Below, in pieces: positions 45,279-61,164 of a DNA stretch of 64,000 nt (the first letter of the stretch is position 1; the number at the start of each line of letters is the position of its first letter). Below the pieces are notes generated by a model. That model saw only the letters and a list, made by a program, of their open reading frames with translations, was not told the origin of the DNA and did not search any database. The stretch lies in NCBI GenBank assembly GCA_012295275.1, contig CM022674.1, forward strand, positions 4,340,001-4,404,000, read 5' to 3'. A program made the translations under genes and the position numbers. Source of the stretch: Chrysomallon squamiferum (Eukaryota > Animalia > Mollusca).

Positions 45279-45630
45279 TTAGCACAAACTCCGATCTGCT
45301 TCATCGTTTTAACGGGTTAAAAAGAAAACAAAGAAAAGAAAAAAGGTAGTTATCAGCAATAATAAAACAACCAGAAAACAGCTGTCAACTTAGAAACATA
45401 ATCAACAGAGACAGTAAATAGATAGAAATCGGGTAATAGTAACACGGACAATTAAATAAGATACAAACCAGCAAGACAAGTCTGACAATGAAAAATGAGA
45501 GAAGAAAAAAACAGGCAGACTAGTGGATGCACACAAACATTTTAAGAGAGTGAATTCGAGTAGGTCATGAAATTATTATTTTTTTCATGGAGAAATTAAT
45601 CATCACACAGAAAAGTTCGCAATTTTGAAC

Positions 45631-45672
<42 letters not shown>

Positions 45673-45933
45673 TAATGATAACTGTGTCTAAAAATAACAT
45701 ATCAGTTTATTTTGAAGTATCCTTTGTGATACTAACCAGGTATGTTCAAATGTTCTTTTCTCAGCTCAGCTTCAAGTAGTTCTACGGAACTTCTGTCACC
45801 GGCGTTACTCAAGGAAAAGTAAAAATTGTTGAATGTAGCACCGCCTTTTCGTGGTAAAATCTAAAGAAGTTCTCGTATTTTGCCATTTAGTGTTCTTTTT
45901 GCCTATCATTTTGATTTTTTTTAAAAAGAAAAG

Positions 45934-45987
<54 letters not shown>

Positions 45988-46712
45988 TGTTAATAAAAAC
46001 AACAGCAACAACAATAACAACAACAACTATAAATAAATAAATAAATAAATAAACAAATAAACTGTTAGGTTATGTTTATATTGTCATTAAACATACACCA
46101 TGGCATAACTAGGTGAATGAGGATACAGAGTTTAAAATGTCATTATAAAGAACTTAATCATTCTCATAAGAACGTCATAATTATATACATCATCAACATT
46201 ATATCTAAATTGCTTTTGATATTGCCAAGACATTTATCAAATAGAGAAAGATGAGAAAAAAATAAATAAAACATTCCTATTTTTACAGACTATGTTTCAG
46301 TATTTCAATGCGATACAGCTATATATATATACTGATGGATGTATATAAATAAAAGTAAATAATGCAAGACGTTATCTAAGTTCGGCTAAAAACTTCCAAT
46401 TTTGGCAAATATAAATTCAACGCCGCTAATTGCTTTAGCTGAAGATAAATGTTTTTTATTTGTTTCGTTTTCTTTTTTTTACCCAGACTGAACGCTATAT
46501 GTATAAATGTAAATGTATATTAAGTGTATGTGTAAGTACGTGTGTGTTAGTCTGCGTACAGATGCGTTATTTTTTACATTGATATTCTGCATATCTTCTG
46601 CAGTGATTGTGGCTGAGGAAAAAAGGTGATCAAGTACGCCGTCTAAATTCCCAATATTTGCAACAAGATCTCCATGACATCGTTGGAGTATCTCGCTGTG
46701 CTTAGGGTCCAT
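45279..46712 (-). pseudogene. CARD-domain gene copy 1 (in-frame stop)
   Basis: Exon 46712..46578 encodes MDPKHSEILQRCHGDLVANIGNLDGVLDHLFSSATITAEDMQNIN. Exon 45902..45737 encodes AKRTLNGKIRELL*ILPRKGGATFNNFYFSLSNAG..VELLE. A last-exon remnant at ~45279-45315 lacks an acceptor. Confidence 0.8.
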
Positions 46713-47095
46713 TTCTACAAAAAAAAAAATAATAATAATAATAATAGTTCCAAGAATAATCATCTAATCATAACACATAAGATTATCTAGAATTATACTT
46801 TATACAATTTCAGTTGACAACCCGTCAACAAGCGTTTCACTGAAAATTGTATAATAATCTTTTCTGAATTTATTTATTATTTTTTTTTATTTAATACATG
46901 TATATATTTCAGTTCATGTTAATACAGTTAAATAACATAGAAAGCAGCACGAAATCGCGCATTACAAGATGGACAATAAATAATTAATTTTATAGAGATC
47001 TTTCAGCAATTCAGCAAGCTTATATAATTATTTCACAATCTGAACAGACAATAAGTGAACAAGTATAAATATAGATGGCTTAAACCAGGAATTAC

Positions 47096-47171
<76 letters not shown>

Positions 47172-48189
47172 TAAATGCCACAATTTATTACATTTCGGCA
47201 TACGTCAAATTTGCCTTTTCGCAATTTTTTTCCACAGTAAATTTCAGATCAGCGAAAGCCATTAAGTCCGTCGCTACACCGCACGTTACGTACATCATAA
47301 AAAGAAGGAAAACTAAAAGATCTAATAAAATAAAGTCCCTAAAAATTATTCAACTCCTTGACGAGAGATTTTTCCCGCAGACAAACGCCATATTTGTAAC
47401 CGACCTCGTTTTCAGTGTTGATAATAGAATCTTAAAACATATTTACTGAGAAAATGCCGAGTGACATCTTTTCACTTTAACCTTAATATGGCCACCACTG
47501 AATCGGAGAAAATCTATCTGCCTTTTACATTTATATCTTGATAAACTAGAAAAATAGATTTAAAGTCTTTTAATGTGTTTTGAGGCATATCATACTGAAT
47601 GCAGATATGGTTGTTTTCTAAGTAAAACGCAAATATTAATAATAATAATAATAATAAAAAATAAGATGGCCGGATGTCATTCGTTGCAGAAAATGCACTT
47701 TCTCAGTGAGCTATAATTGTACAAACTTTACTGCATCTTTTCCGTTTTTCAGGTGCTTTCTCGAGTAGTTAAGTTTATATCTGATTAAATGAGTTTCGAT
47801 GTTTCCTGACATTTCCTGACCTTTGGCTTCTGAATGTAATACACGTTCAGCATTTGAAGATCTCACAGCTGATTTCGATCCTAACATCAGTGGTCAGAGA
47901 AACAGGAGATATACAAAAGCAAAACAGTGTTGAAGAGACAACTGAAAGTTGAAGTTTCATCCAGAAACACAGACACAGCAATCATACGATTCCAGTGCTT
48001 TTCACGATGAAAATTGCTGCAAGAAACTTTCAGTTGTACAATCCAGTTCCAAATCATCCCAAATAGATTTTACGTATAACAGCATACGATTATTTTTTAA
48101 AGGCATTGAACCAGCAATGTTTTTCTATTCTTTCCTTTGTTCTTCTTTGATTTGACAGAAATCGATCAGTTTCATGCGTAGTTGTAATA

Positions 48190-48850
48190 AATGCACTTCA
48201 ATAATGAAACATTTTTTTTATCAATATGTTAGTCACTGGCCTATGCCTAACATAACAAAAAATACAAATACAGTACACTTGAGCATATCTTTCTTTTTTC
48301 TTTTCTTTTTTTTTTAAAGGATCAGTCACTGGCTTATATCTAACATGATAATATATATCAATACAGTACACTTCAATAAGTAAATACTTTTTGTATACAT
48401 ATTAGTCACTTGTCTATGCCTAATTTGATAATATTTATAAATACAGTACACTTCAATAATGAAATATTGTTTTTGTATACATATTAGTTACTGGCCTATG
48501 CCTAACATAACAATAAATATAAATACAGTACACTTCAGTATTTCTTTCTTTTTTCTTGTCTTTTTTTCAAAGGATCAGTCACTGGCTTATACCTAACATG
48601 ATAATATATATCAATACAGTACACATCAATAATGAAATATTTTGTTATTTACATGTTAGTCACTGGATTATGCCTAACATGATAATATATATAAATACAG
48701 TACACTTCAATAAGTAAATATTTTTTGTATACATATTAGTCACTTGTCTATGCCTAACATGATAATATATATAAATACAGTACACTTCAATAAGTAAATA
48801 TTTTTTTTATACATATTGGTCACTGGCCTATGCCTAACATGACGATGTAT
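48190..48850. repeat. ~80-bp minisatellite (also at 58365-59010 and 61290-62045)
   Basis: Unit tagtcactggcctatgcctaacatgataatatatataaatacagtacacttcaataagtaaata... Confidence 0.9.
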
Positions 48851-50150
48851 ATAGCGTATTAAAGACACATAATACTTTAATTTAAATTGAAAACCGGAAT
48901 ACATTTTCTTCTGGAAAGAATTAGAGGAACAGGACGGGTTATCACTGTAGATGGTAAAACTTTGTATAATGGATATTTTAAAAATTGAAATTCATCTTCT
49001 GTCTACAGTTGAGCATGCATCTAATTTCAGATGACACAAGGGATTAAAAAACAAAACTAATTCTCTACTGTAATCGTAAATTTCATAAGGAAAACCGTCC
49101 AAAATGTCACAGTTTTAAATATGTAGTACATTTAAATCTATAAGGTCAAAGGATAAACATGGAAACATCAGCAAAAAAAAAGCTCTGTATTAAATTAGAT
49201 CTAGTTTGCACAACAGGTATTATACCAAAAACTGTTAACATGATCAAACTTAAAAACTGTTCCATTATAAAGAACGCTAAGCAAATAACAAAATGATACT
49301 AAAATGAGGAAAATGTATTAGTAAACAAGGAAGATGTGCGATATTTTTTTTTTTTTTTTTTTTTATTATTATGTAAAAAGTCGACTAATTTATTTTATTT
49401 TATTTTATTTTGTTTTGTTTTTCCTTTCTGGTGATTTTGCCTTTGTTTCACCTAATCGCTCTGATTCAGCATGGCAAAAAAATGTCCTGTATTTCCTTTC
49501 ATTTTCAACACAATCAAATGTAAGTTGCTGATAATTACATTGAACTATAAGCGTTCTATCAGCAATTTAGAATAATCAAATAAATATTGTTTAAAAGAAG
49601 CAACAGCAATCACAAGTTGTTTTATAAATATGGACATCGTCCGATGAAATCGTTATTTTAGATTTAAGAATGACAACGTGTATCAGCAAAAAGCTACCTG
49701 TTCAGAAATCGTTCACAAATGGCAATCAAGAAAATAGAGACCAGTAAACTCACAACGTATATTACTCAAATGTTATATTGGTCTTATTATAAAAGTCCTA
49801 TAAAATTTGTTCGAAACATAAAGGTTTAATGGTTTCGGAATGAAGAGTTATTATTCATTGAACTACATTCGCTATGACGCTCTATCGGAATGACAGCGAC
49901 TCAGTTCACAAGTTCAAAACCTAACTTAACAGATATACAATTGAATGAAAATTCTTCAGTTTCTAGTGGAAATGTTGCAGAGATTAATTAATTCAAACCG
50001 TAGGCTGATTGATGTGTTTTTATCGGTTGAATGTGAGCAAACATTTTATAATCGAACGAATAACAACAAAAAATGACGTCAACAAAATTCTGGTTAGTAA
50101 CAATACCTATAATAATCAGGTAAAGTCGTACCTGTTGTGTTGAGTTGTGC

Positions 50151-50311
50151 TGTTTCACTTTCTTTTTCAACAATAACTGAAGTAATAGATCACCGCATTA
50201 TTAATGTTGATGTTTGTAAATAATATTCTACAAGTTAATTTACTTTAAAAGCTGATCATACCTGTCTTACCTGCAAAGTGTAAAAGTTACCCGAAAATGA
50301 AACAGGAAGTT
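50151..50311 (-). promoter_or_regulatory. IRF/ISRE and IRF-ETS composite motifs upstream of CARD copy 1
   Basis: TGTTTCACTTTCTTTTTC (50151-50168, reverse complement GAAAAAGAAAGTGAAACA) and GAAAATGAAACAGGAAGT (50293-50310). A minus-strand CAG|GTAAGA donor lies at ~50270. Confidence 0.45.
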
Positions 50312-50859
50312 CATAATTATTTTTAATGTTATTATTTTTTTATTTATTTTATTTTATTTTATTTGTTTTTGTGTTTTTTTCAAAATTCAACAGAAAAAAT
50401 AAAATAATAATTTAATAGTCGGACGAAAGATCACGGATTTTAACGATTTTATCCGAAGATATAAGAAACTACCTTCTCCGTTTTTTTTTTTTTTTTTTTT
50501 TTTTGTTCATACCTTTATGGGATAACAGTGAGGCGTTACTACCGATGTTTATATTATTTACTATTATTATTATTATCATTGTGGTTGTTGTTGTTGTTTT
50601 TGTTGATGTGTTGTTGTTACTACTGTTTCTATTATTTGTCTGTCGATATTGTTATCGTTATCACTGATGACGTTATTAGCAACAAAAAACGCTGCAATAA
50701 TAACAATAAAATAAATACGACGATTAAGATTTTGTTTTTCTGATATACTGCAAATTTCATTCTACTGTCTACTAAAAACAATTTTCAAAATCTATATACG
50801 AGCCACACACATCACTTGAACCATGTGCAGATAGGTAAAGCTAGCGGTGAACATGAATG

Positions 50860-51046
50860 ACCTGTTTTGAACAGGCGTTGCTGCCTCGTTTCCATTAACC
50901 AATCGGATGAATTGTTGTTCTTAAGCGAAGTCGGGTAGCTGGTGTTGATTGGCAAGCTGACCGTAACAGATTACATTTTGAGCGAACAAAGAGAAACATT
51001 TGAACTCTAACCCATGCTTTTGTTTGTCGAGTATATTCAGTAAGTA
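50860..51046 (+). promoter_or_regulatory. Possible CCAAT-box promoter and non-coding first exon
   Basis: CpG-containing island with CCAAT (~50899), ATTGG (~50948) and a GTAAGT donor at 51040. Duplicated at 60970-61156. Confidence 0.3.
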
Positions 51047-51504
51047 TATCAGTGTTTATTGGTTAGCGCACGTGATAGATTTATTTCCACTACTGATCAC
51101 TAGCGAGAAGGGATCAGTCTTTTTTCTTTCAAAAAGCAAGACAAGTGTTTACATTTCGCTCGTGTGAAACTGATCGTACTGATAACGTCTCTCTAGGTGT
51201 ACAGCCGACTGTTGACAGTGTAGTGCGATGCAGTGATTCGTTCCAGCATTTTATCTGATTTTATTTATTTAATAATAAATAGTACACCCTAGTGTGAGGC
51301 TAATTGTTACGGTACAGATTGCATATGTATTATTATTATTATTATTATTATTATATTTTTATTATTATTATCATCATCATCATGATCATCATTATTATTA
51401 TTTATTTATTTATTAATATTCTCCTTAATATTTTTTCAGTTCACAAAACTGACATATTTATCTGAATATATATATATATATATATATATCTTTCCTTAAC
51501 TCAG

Positions 51505-52809
51505 AAATGAGTCAACATCAACACGAACTGTTTCTACAGGGAGAGAAGCTGGTATTCTTTCTCCACGGTGAAGCCACAAAGAAAGACAACATGAAGGTGT
51601 TCAGATTGGCTGACTGGAGAGGGCACACACACCAGGTGAACTTCAGAGTATTACAAGATTGGTGTTGAATCTCCAGATGTAATTGTTTTCATAGGAAATT
51701 TCCTAGAGTTGTTTCTTCACATGTTATAGATAAGAAGGATCAAACCTTAGCACCACAACTTGACACACCAATGGCTATTGAATGAAAATCATTATCATTT
51801 CACAAAGATAATTTTTAATTAATGTTTAATCATTTTTTCTCTTTCCTTGTTTTTCCTAGATAGTTATAATTTCTTCTTCTTCTTCTTCTTCTTCTTCTTC
51901 TTCTTCTACTGCTTCTTCTTCTTATTATTTATTTATTTATTTATTATTATTATTATTTATTAGTAATAATGAATAATCTACAACCAGATTACAGGTGAGG
52001 CTGTATAGTGATGGGAAGTTACTGATTCCTGACAAAACAAATCTCGAGATTGTCGATGACTGGCCTCTTCATACCACACACAAAAGTTCACTTCACCAAG
52101 CTTGTTGTTGGTGCATGCTGGCAAGGAAATTGATTTTATCACTCATGTTTTCTTCCTCAGATCATTTTGTTTCATGATTGGTATTATTACTGGTCAATGT
52201 TCATTTGCTTTCTTATTGTCAATAAGAAATTGGTTTGATTCCATTTAGTTAGTTTACTTTTTAATGACATTACTGCATATCGTCCATTTTGTAAATTTGA
52301 ATAGGAATTTTCCTTTCCTTGGTTATCTCCCGTCTTTGTCCATCTCTCTCTGTCTGTCTCTTGAGATTCAGATCCTGAAATTGCTGTTCCATATAAAAGC
52401 AAAGACGAACTCTTTGTAACCTCAGAGGTTCTGTAGTTATCTTCTCGTTAAAAATGTCTGGGAAGGGATGATTTTATTTTAAAATAACCAATAGATGAGC
52501 ACCACAGAATCATTATGCTAACATTTTGTCTTTTTGTGTTTTCACCTTTTAATTTGTTCTTCTTAAAAAAAAAAAAAAAAAAAGATTTTATGTGTGTGTA
52601 CTTTACATGACTTCTTACATATAGCTCAATTATACTCCTTATTTTATTTTTACATTTTTTTTTTCTTTACAGGGTGTGAGTTGACAGAATTCAGTATTTC
52701 TGGCAAGGACATCAAAGAGATGGAGAATTTAATCAGTGAAGTCACCTACATCAATTCAAGAACTTACCCCACCCCAGGGAGAAGGAATCTTAAAATTACA
52801 CAACAGTCA
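51505..52809 (+). pseudogene. CLSTN: Calsyntenin pseudo-exons (block 2)
   Basis: 51505-51635 reads HELFLQGEKLVFFL../..MKVFRLADWR. 51995-52126 reads VRLYSDGK..EIVDDWPLHTT/(frameshift)KVHFTKLVVGACWQG. 52672-52809 reads ELTEFSISGKDIKEMENLISEVTYINSRTYPTPGRRNLKIT. Confidence 0.85.
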
Positions 52810-53259
52810 CGTAAGCATAACGTTTTCATTGTTATTTGAAACAGATTAAACTGAATAAATTAACATAAATTTCGTTGAAGATATAGTCTATATTTATTCA
52901 GTATTCTTTCAAGTTTTTTTTTTTTTTTCATTTATTTATTTTTACATTTCTTAATATTTTTTTTAAGATCTCGTATTAATTAATAACAATTTTCTAGTTG
53001 GTCTATTGATTCAGTATTCTTTCAAGTTTTGTTTTTTTTTCATTTATTTATTTTTACATTTCTTAATATTTTTTTTAAGATCTCGTATTAATTAATAACA
53101 ATTTTCTAGTTGGTCTATTGATTTTACTGTAATATATATAATTTGTATTTCTATATTTTTCAGTTCTTAATTTGACTTAACTGAATTTAAAAGCTTCATG
53201 TTGTGAAAAAAAATCATAATAAGTTTATTAACACATTTCACAATTTAATGTTCAGCTAG

Positions 53260-53496
53260 TTATTATTTTTATTTTATTAAGAACTAGTGAAAAAGTTAAT
53301 CTTCGTTTACAGTATTTTGTTTTCATTATTTCTTTTTGTTATCTTAGTGATTATAAAATGAATAATATTGTTCATTTTCCATTTTCTGAAATCAGCAGAC
53401 TAAATATTTGCTCAGATTACCAAGAGGCAGTTTAATCTTTCTCCCTAATTGAGACAAATAAATATTTTGTATTTTAGTTTATATCACAACCTGAAG
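53260..53496 (-). repeat. Inverted copy of ~42622-42870
   Basis: 'cttcaggttgtgacataaactaaaatac...tcagaaaatggaaaatgaacaa' at 42623-42751 appears reverse-complemented at 53368-53496. Confidence 0.85.
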
Positions 53497-54245
53497 ATGT
53501 TGCTGGCAAGTGTTCAGACATATTTAAAAAAAAAAAAAAAAACTAATATAAAAATTGATACTATAAATACAGAGAATAATAAAACACACGAAATGTGACT
53601 AAAACTTGTATATCAGAATAATAACTGTGTAAAAGAGTAAGATCATCTATATGTAACTGGTATATATTGTCTTTCTGTCAATAAAGCTTACCACACTAAT
53701 ATTGTGTTTTTGTTGTTCTTCCTGCTGCTGCTATTTCTTAAACTTGTGCATGCCTGATAAGATTTTAGCGTTTAAACATATTTGAATTATCTTGATAAAT
53801 TTTTAAAGGTTTTGTACTCAGCTGAATAATCAACGATTAGATATTGCTAATTCAAGTATATCTTTGAAAGTGGGGATTGTTCTTTTTTTATCCTTGATAT
53901 TGTTCATGACAATTATTTTGAAAGGAGATACGATAGTTACCTCCCTGATCAATTTTCAAATTCTTAGTTTTATATGAATTTTTACAATAAATTGTAAAGT
54001 ATTAATATTTTAATATTTAATTAAATAAATCATTAAAAAAAAAGAGAATTAAATTTTCAGGAGATAAATTGTAATTTCGTTTGGCTTGATCGACGTGTCA
54101 CAGTATTCATTTTCGGGTTAATTTCTGACTAACTGAATTATTGTGCCTTTACTGAAATAAAATAAATTAGTATCATATTGGCATTTCCTGCAAGTGCGTA
54201 TTGAGAGCTGTTCTCAATGACGACAAACTCATATTTATGTTAAAC

Positions 54246-54835
54246 ATTTTTATTGGATACAAAAATGTCAAATTTAATAATAATTAAAAACAAAAATAGT
54301 GGCATGTCCATGAGTAGTCAGTGTTTAGCAGTCTTTCCAGTATCGAGTAATTCTGACTCTCCATTCTCCTCCTTCCCATTTTCCTTGTGAAAATAAATAA
54401 ATAAAGTAACATAAGTAAATTATTAGTAGGATTAAATGAAGGTAATGAGTTAAAACAATGCTTCTGATTATATCGGGATCTCGAATACTGGTATAAATGT
54501 ACATGTAAAGAGACGATGCGAAAAGAAGAAGACATTTTTATTGGATACAAAAATATTAAATTTAATAATTATTAAAAACAAAAATAGTGGCATGTCCATG
54601 AGTAGTCAATGTTTAGCAGCCTTTCCAGTATTGAGTAATACTGAGTCTTCATTCTCCACCTTTGCACTTTCCTTCTGAAAATAAATAAATAAAGTAACAT
54701 AAGTAAATTATTAGTAGGATTAAATGAAGTAATGAGCTAAACCAATGCTTCTGATGATATCAGGATCTCGAATACTGGTATAAATGTACGTGTATGGAGA
54801 CCAGCAAGCAGAAAAATACAGAGGCAATGCGAAGA
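54246..54835. repeat. ~290-bp tandem duplication
   Basis: 'ttttattggatacaaaaat...gtggcatgtccatgagtagtca' at ~54248 and ~54536. It is single-copy in the paralogous block at ~44843. Confidence 0.85.
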
Positions 54836-55058
54836 CGACAGATAGCCAGTTAAGACATAATTATGAGACGGTCAACTAAAAATACAGACAGAGGGATGGC
54901 TAATGAAATAGAAATAAATAAATGCAAAAACACATTGATCGAATGAAAGATAGAGACACAGAAAGACAGACGAAGCTACATGGAGATAAAAAGGAGATAA
55001 TGAGATGTGCCAATAAGACAGTTTAAGTACACACAACTGATAGTGAAACCTACCAATC

Positions 55059-56726
<1,668 letters not shown>

Positions 56727-57061
56727 TTCTTGAAAAAAAATTAATTACAACAATAATCATCAAATCTTAACAAGAATTGTACTTTATGCAGTTTCTGTTG
56801 AGATTTATTTTATGTTGGTTTTTCGAATACGATACATATCATTTCGTGTGCATACCACTAAAAAACATACAAAAAGAAAGGAAAACACGCATTAAAAGAC
56901 TGAAATTAAATAGTTAATTACACAGAGATCCTAAAAATAGGGCATATTTCAGCAATTCAGCAAGGATATATAATTATTTTATAATCTGAATAGCCAATAA
57001 CTGAACAAGTAAAAATATAGGTGGCTTATACCAGGAATTGTTATTATTATTAGTATTATTA

Positions 57062-57109
<48 letters not shown>

Positions 57110-60100
57110 TATTATTATTATTATTATTTAAATACCCCAATTTACATCATTTTGGCCTACGTCGAACTTGCCTTTGAGCAATTCTCTCTAAACTAAATTT
57201 CAGATCAGCGAACGTCATTGTGTCAACCACTATCTCCGCACGTTACATCATAAAAAGAAGGAAAAATAAAAGTTCATTTAAAACAAGTAAAATCCATAAA
57301 ATTATTCAATTCCTTAATGATAGTTTTAGTCTCGCAGACAAACGCTATATTTGTGCTACACCTCGTTTTGCAGTCTTAAAGTTTTGCTTTGTGTTGATTA
57401 TAAAATTTTAAGACATATTTATTGAGAAAATGCAGTGTGACATCTTTTCACCTTGACCTTAATGTGGCCATCACTGAACCGGAGAAAATCTATTTGCCTC
57501 TTACCTTACTGTCTTGATAAGATAGAAACATGAATTAAAAGTATTTTAATGTGTTTTCAGTCATATCATATCGAATGCAGATATGAATGTTTCCTAAGTA
57601 AAACGCAAATAATAATCATAATAATAATAAAAATGAAGATGGCCACCAGATGTCATTCGTTGCAGAAAATGCACTTTCTCAGTGAGCTATAATTGTACAA
57701 ACTTTACTGCATCATGTCCGTTTTTCAGGTTCTTTCTCGAGCAGTTAAGTTTATAACTGATAAAATGAGTTTCCATGTTTCCTGACATTTACAATGTGAC
57801 CTTTGGCTTCTGAATGTAATGCACGTTCAGCATTTGAAGATCTCTCAGCTGATTTCGATCCTAACATCAGTGGTCAGAGAAACAGGAGATATTCAAAACC
57901 AAAACAGTGTTGAAGAGACAACTGAAAGTTGAAGTTGCATCAAGAAACACAGACACAACCATCATCGATGTCTTTGCTCCCTACTAGGTGATACACAGGC
58001 ATTACATGTTGGTGAGAGAAAAAATAATAATCCCGTTTTGTTCAATATCTTCTGTATTTTTTCTTGTGGTCATTTTCAGGGAATACATTTAGAAGAATCT
58101 GCAAAAACGTAATTTGGTACGAGAGTTACACACTTTATGAGTCCTTGTCTGTCTTGTACGATTCCAGTGCTTTTCACGATGAAAATTGCTGCAAGAAACT
58201 TTCAGTTGTATAATCCAGTTCCAAATCATCCCAAATAGATTTTACGTATAACATCATACGATTATTTTTTAAAGGGATTGAACCAGCAATATTTTTCTCT
58301 TCTTTCCTTTGTTCTTCTTTGATTTGACAGAAATCGATAATAGTTTCATGCGTAGTTGAAATAAATGCACTTCAGTAATGAAATATATATTTTTTTTATA
58401 TATATATTAGTCAATGGCCTATGCCTAACATAACAATAAATATAAACACAGTACACTTCAGTAAGTAAATATATTTTGTATACATATTAGTCATTTGTCT
58501 CAGCTGAACATGATAACATTTATAAATACACTACACTTCAATAATGAAATATTTTTATACACATATTAGCCACTTGTCAATGCCTAACATGATAATATAT
58601 ATAAATACAGTACACTTCAATAAGTAAATATTTTTGGCATACATATTAGTCACTTGTCTATGCCTAACTTGATAATATTTATGAACACAGTACACTTTAA
58701 TAATGAAATATTGTTTTTGTATACATATTAGTTACTGGCCTATGCCTAACATAACAATAAATATAACTACAGTACACTTCAGTATTTCTTTCTTTTTTCT
58801 TGTTTTTTTTCCAAAGGATCAGTCACTGGCTTATACTTAACATGATAATGTATATCAATACAGTACACATCAATAATGAAATATTTTGTTATTTACATGT
58901 TAGTCACTGGATTATGCCTAACATGATAATATATATAAATACTGTACACTTCAATAAGTAAATATTTGTTTTGTATACATATTAGTTACTGGCCTATGCC
59001 TAACATGATGATGTATATAGCGTAGTAAAGACACACAGGACTTTAATTTAAATTAAAAACAGGAATACATTTTCTTCTAGAAAGAATTAGAGTAACAGGA
59101 CGGGTGATCACTGTACATGGTAAAACTGTGTATAATGGATATTTTAAAAAGTGAAATTCATCTTCTGTCTACAGATGAGCATGCATCTGACCTTTTCTTT
59201 TTGATTTCAGACGACACAGGGAATTTAAAAACAAAACTAATTCTCTACTGTAATCGTAAATTTCATAAGGAAACCGTCCAAAATGTCACAGTTTTAAATA
59301 TGTAGTATACTTAAATCTATAAGGTCAAAGAATAAACATGGAATCATCACAACAAAAAATGGTCTGTATTAAATTAGATCTAGTTTGCACAACAGGTATG
59401 CTACCAAAAACTGTTAACATGATCAAACTTAAAAACTATTCCATTATAAAGAACGCTAAACAAATAACAAAATGATAATAAAATGAGGAAAATGTATTAG
59501 TAAACAAGGAAGATGCGGGATTTTTTTTAATTTTTTTTTTTTTTATTATTATGTAAAAAGTCGACTAATTTATTTTATTTTATTTTATTTTATTTTGTTT
59601 TTCCTTTCTGGTGCCTTTGCCTTTGTTTCACCTAATCTCTCTGATTTAGCAATGACAGCATGGCAAAAAATGTCCTGCATTTCCTTTCATTTTCAACACA
59701 ATCAAATGTAAGCTGCTGATAATTACATTGAACTATAAGCGTTCTATCAGCAATTTAGAATAATCAAATAAATATTTTTTAAAAGAAGAAACAGCAATCA
59801 CAAGTTGTTTTATAAACTCATAATCTATATTACTCAAATGTTATATTTGTCTTATTATAAAAGTTCTATAAGATTTGATGGAAACGTAAAGGTTTAATGG
59901 TTTCGGAATGAAGAGTTATTATTCATTCAACTTCGTTCACCATGACGCTCTATCGGAATGACAGCGACTCAGTTCACAAGTTCAAAACCTAACTTAACAG
60001 ATATACAATTGAATGAAATTTCTTCAATTTCTAGTGGAAATGTTATAGAGATAAATTAATTCAAACCATAGGCTGATTGATGTGTTTTGATCGGTTGAAT

Positions 60101-60218
60101 GTGAGCAAACATTTTATAATCGAACGAATAACAACAAAAAATGACGTCAGCAAAATTCTGATTAGTAACAATACCTATAATAGTCAGGTAAAGACGTACC
60201 TGTTGTGTTGAGTTGTGC

Positions 60219-60379
60219 TGTTTCACTTTCTTTTTCTACTGTATCTGAAGTAATAGATCACCGAATTATTGATGTTGATGTTTCTGAATAATATTCTACA
60301 AGTTAATTTACTTTAAAAGCTGATCATACCTGTCTTACCTGAAAAGTGTAAAAGTTACCCGAAAACGAAACAGGAAGTT
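60219..60379 (-). promoter_or_regulatory. IRF/ISRE and IRF-ETS motifs upstream of CARD copy 2
   Basis: TGTTTCACTTTCTTTTTC at 60219-60236 and GAAAACGAAACAGGAAGT at 60361-60378. Confidence 0.45.
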
Positions 60380-61164
60380 CATAATTATTTTTGTTGTTAT
60401 TTTTTTTTAAATTTATTTAAATTTATTTTATTTGTTTCTGTGTTGTTTTTTTTCAAAATTCAACAGAAAAAATAAAATAATAATTTAATAGTCGGACGAA
60501 AGATCACGGATTTTAACGATTTTATCCGAATATATAAGAAACTACCTTCTCCGTTTTTTTTTTGTTTTTTTTTTTTGTTCATACCTTTATGGGATAACAG
60601 TGAGGCGTTACTACCGATGTTTATATTATTTACTATTATTATTATTATCATTGTGGTTGTTGTTGTTGTTTTTGTTGATGTGTTGTTGTTACTACTGTTT
60701 CTATTATTTATCTGTCGATATTGTTATCGTTATCACTGATGACGTTATTAGCAACAAAAAACGCTGCAATAATAACAATAAAATAAATACGACGATTAAG
60801 ATTTTGTTTTTCTGATATACTGCAAATTTCATTCTACTGTCTACTAAAAACAATTTTCAAAATCTGTCATCCGAGTGTCATAAGATTTCTCAGGCCAAAA
60901 TCTATATACGAGCCACACACATCACTTGAACCATGTGCAGATAGGTAAAGCTAGCGGTGAACATGAATGACTTGTTTTGAACAGGCGTTGCTGCCTCGTT
61001 TCCATTAACCAATCGGATGAATTGTTGTTCTTAAGCGAAGTCGGGTAGCTGGTGTTGATTGGCAAGCTGACCGTAACAGATTACATTTTGAGCGAACAAA
61101 GAGAAACATTTGAACTCTAACCCATGCTTTTGTTTGTCGAGTATATTCAGTAAGTATATCAGTG

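Noticed and set aside
50528-50743. Identical 71-aa ORFs at 50528 and 60600
   Set aside because: They are trinucleotide low-complexity sequence inside the segmental duplication.
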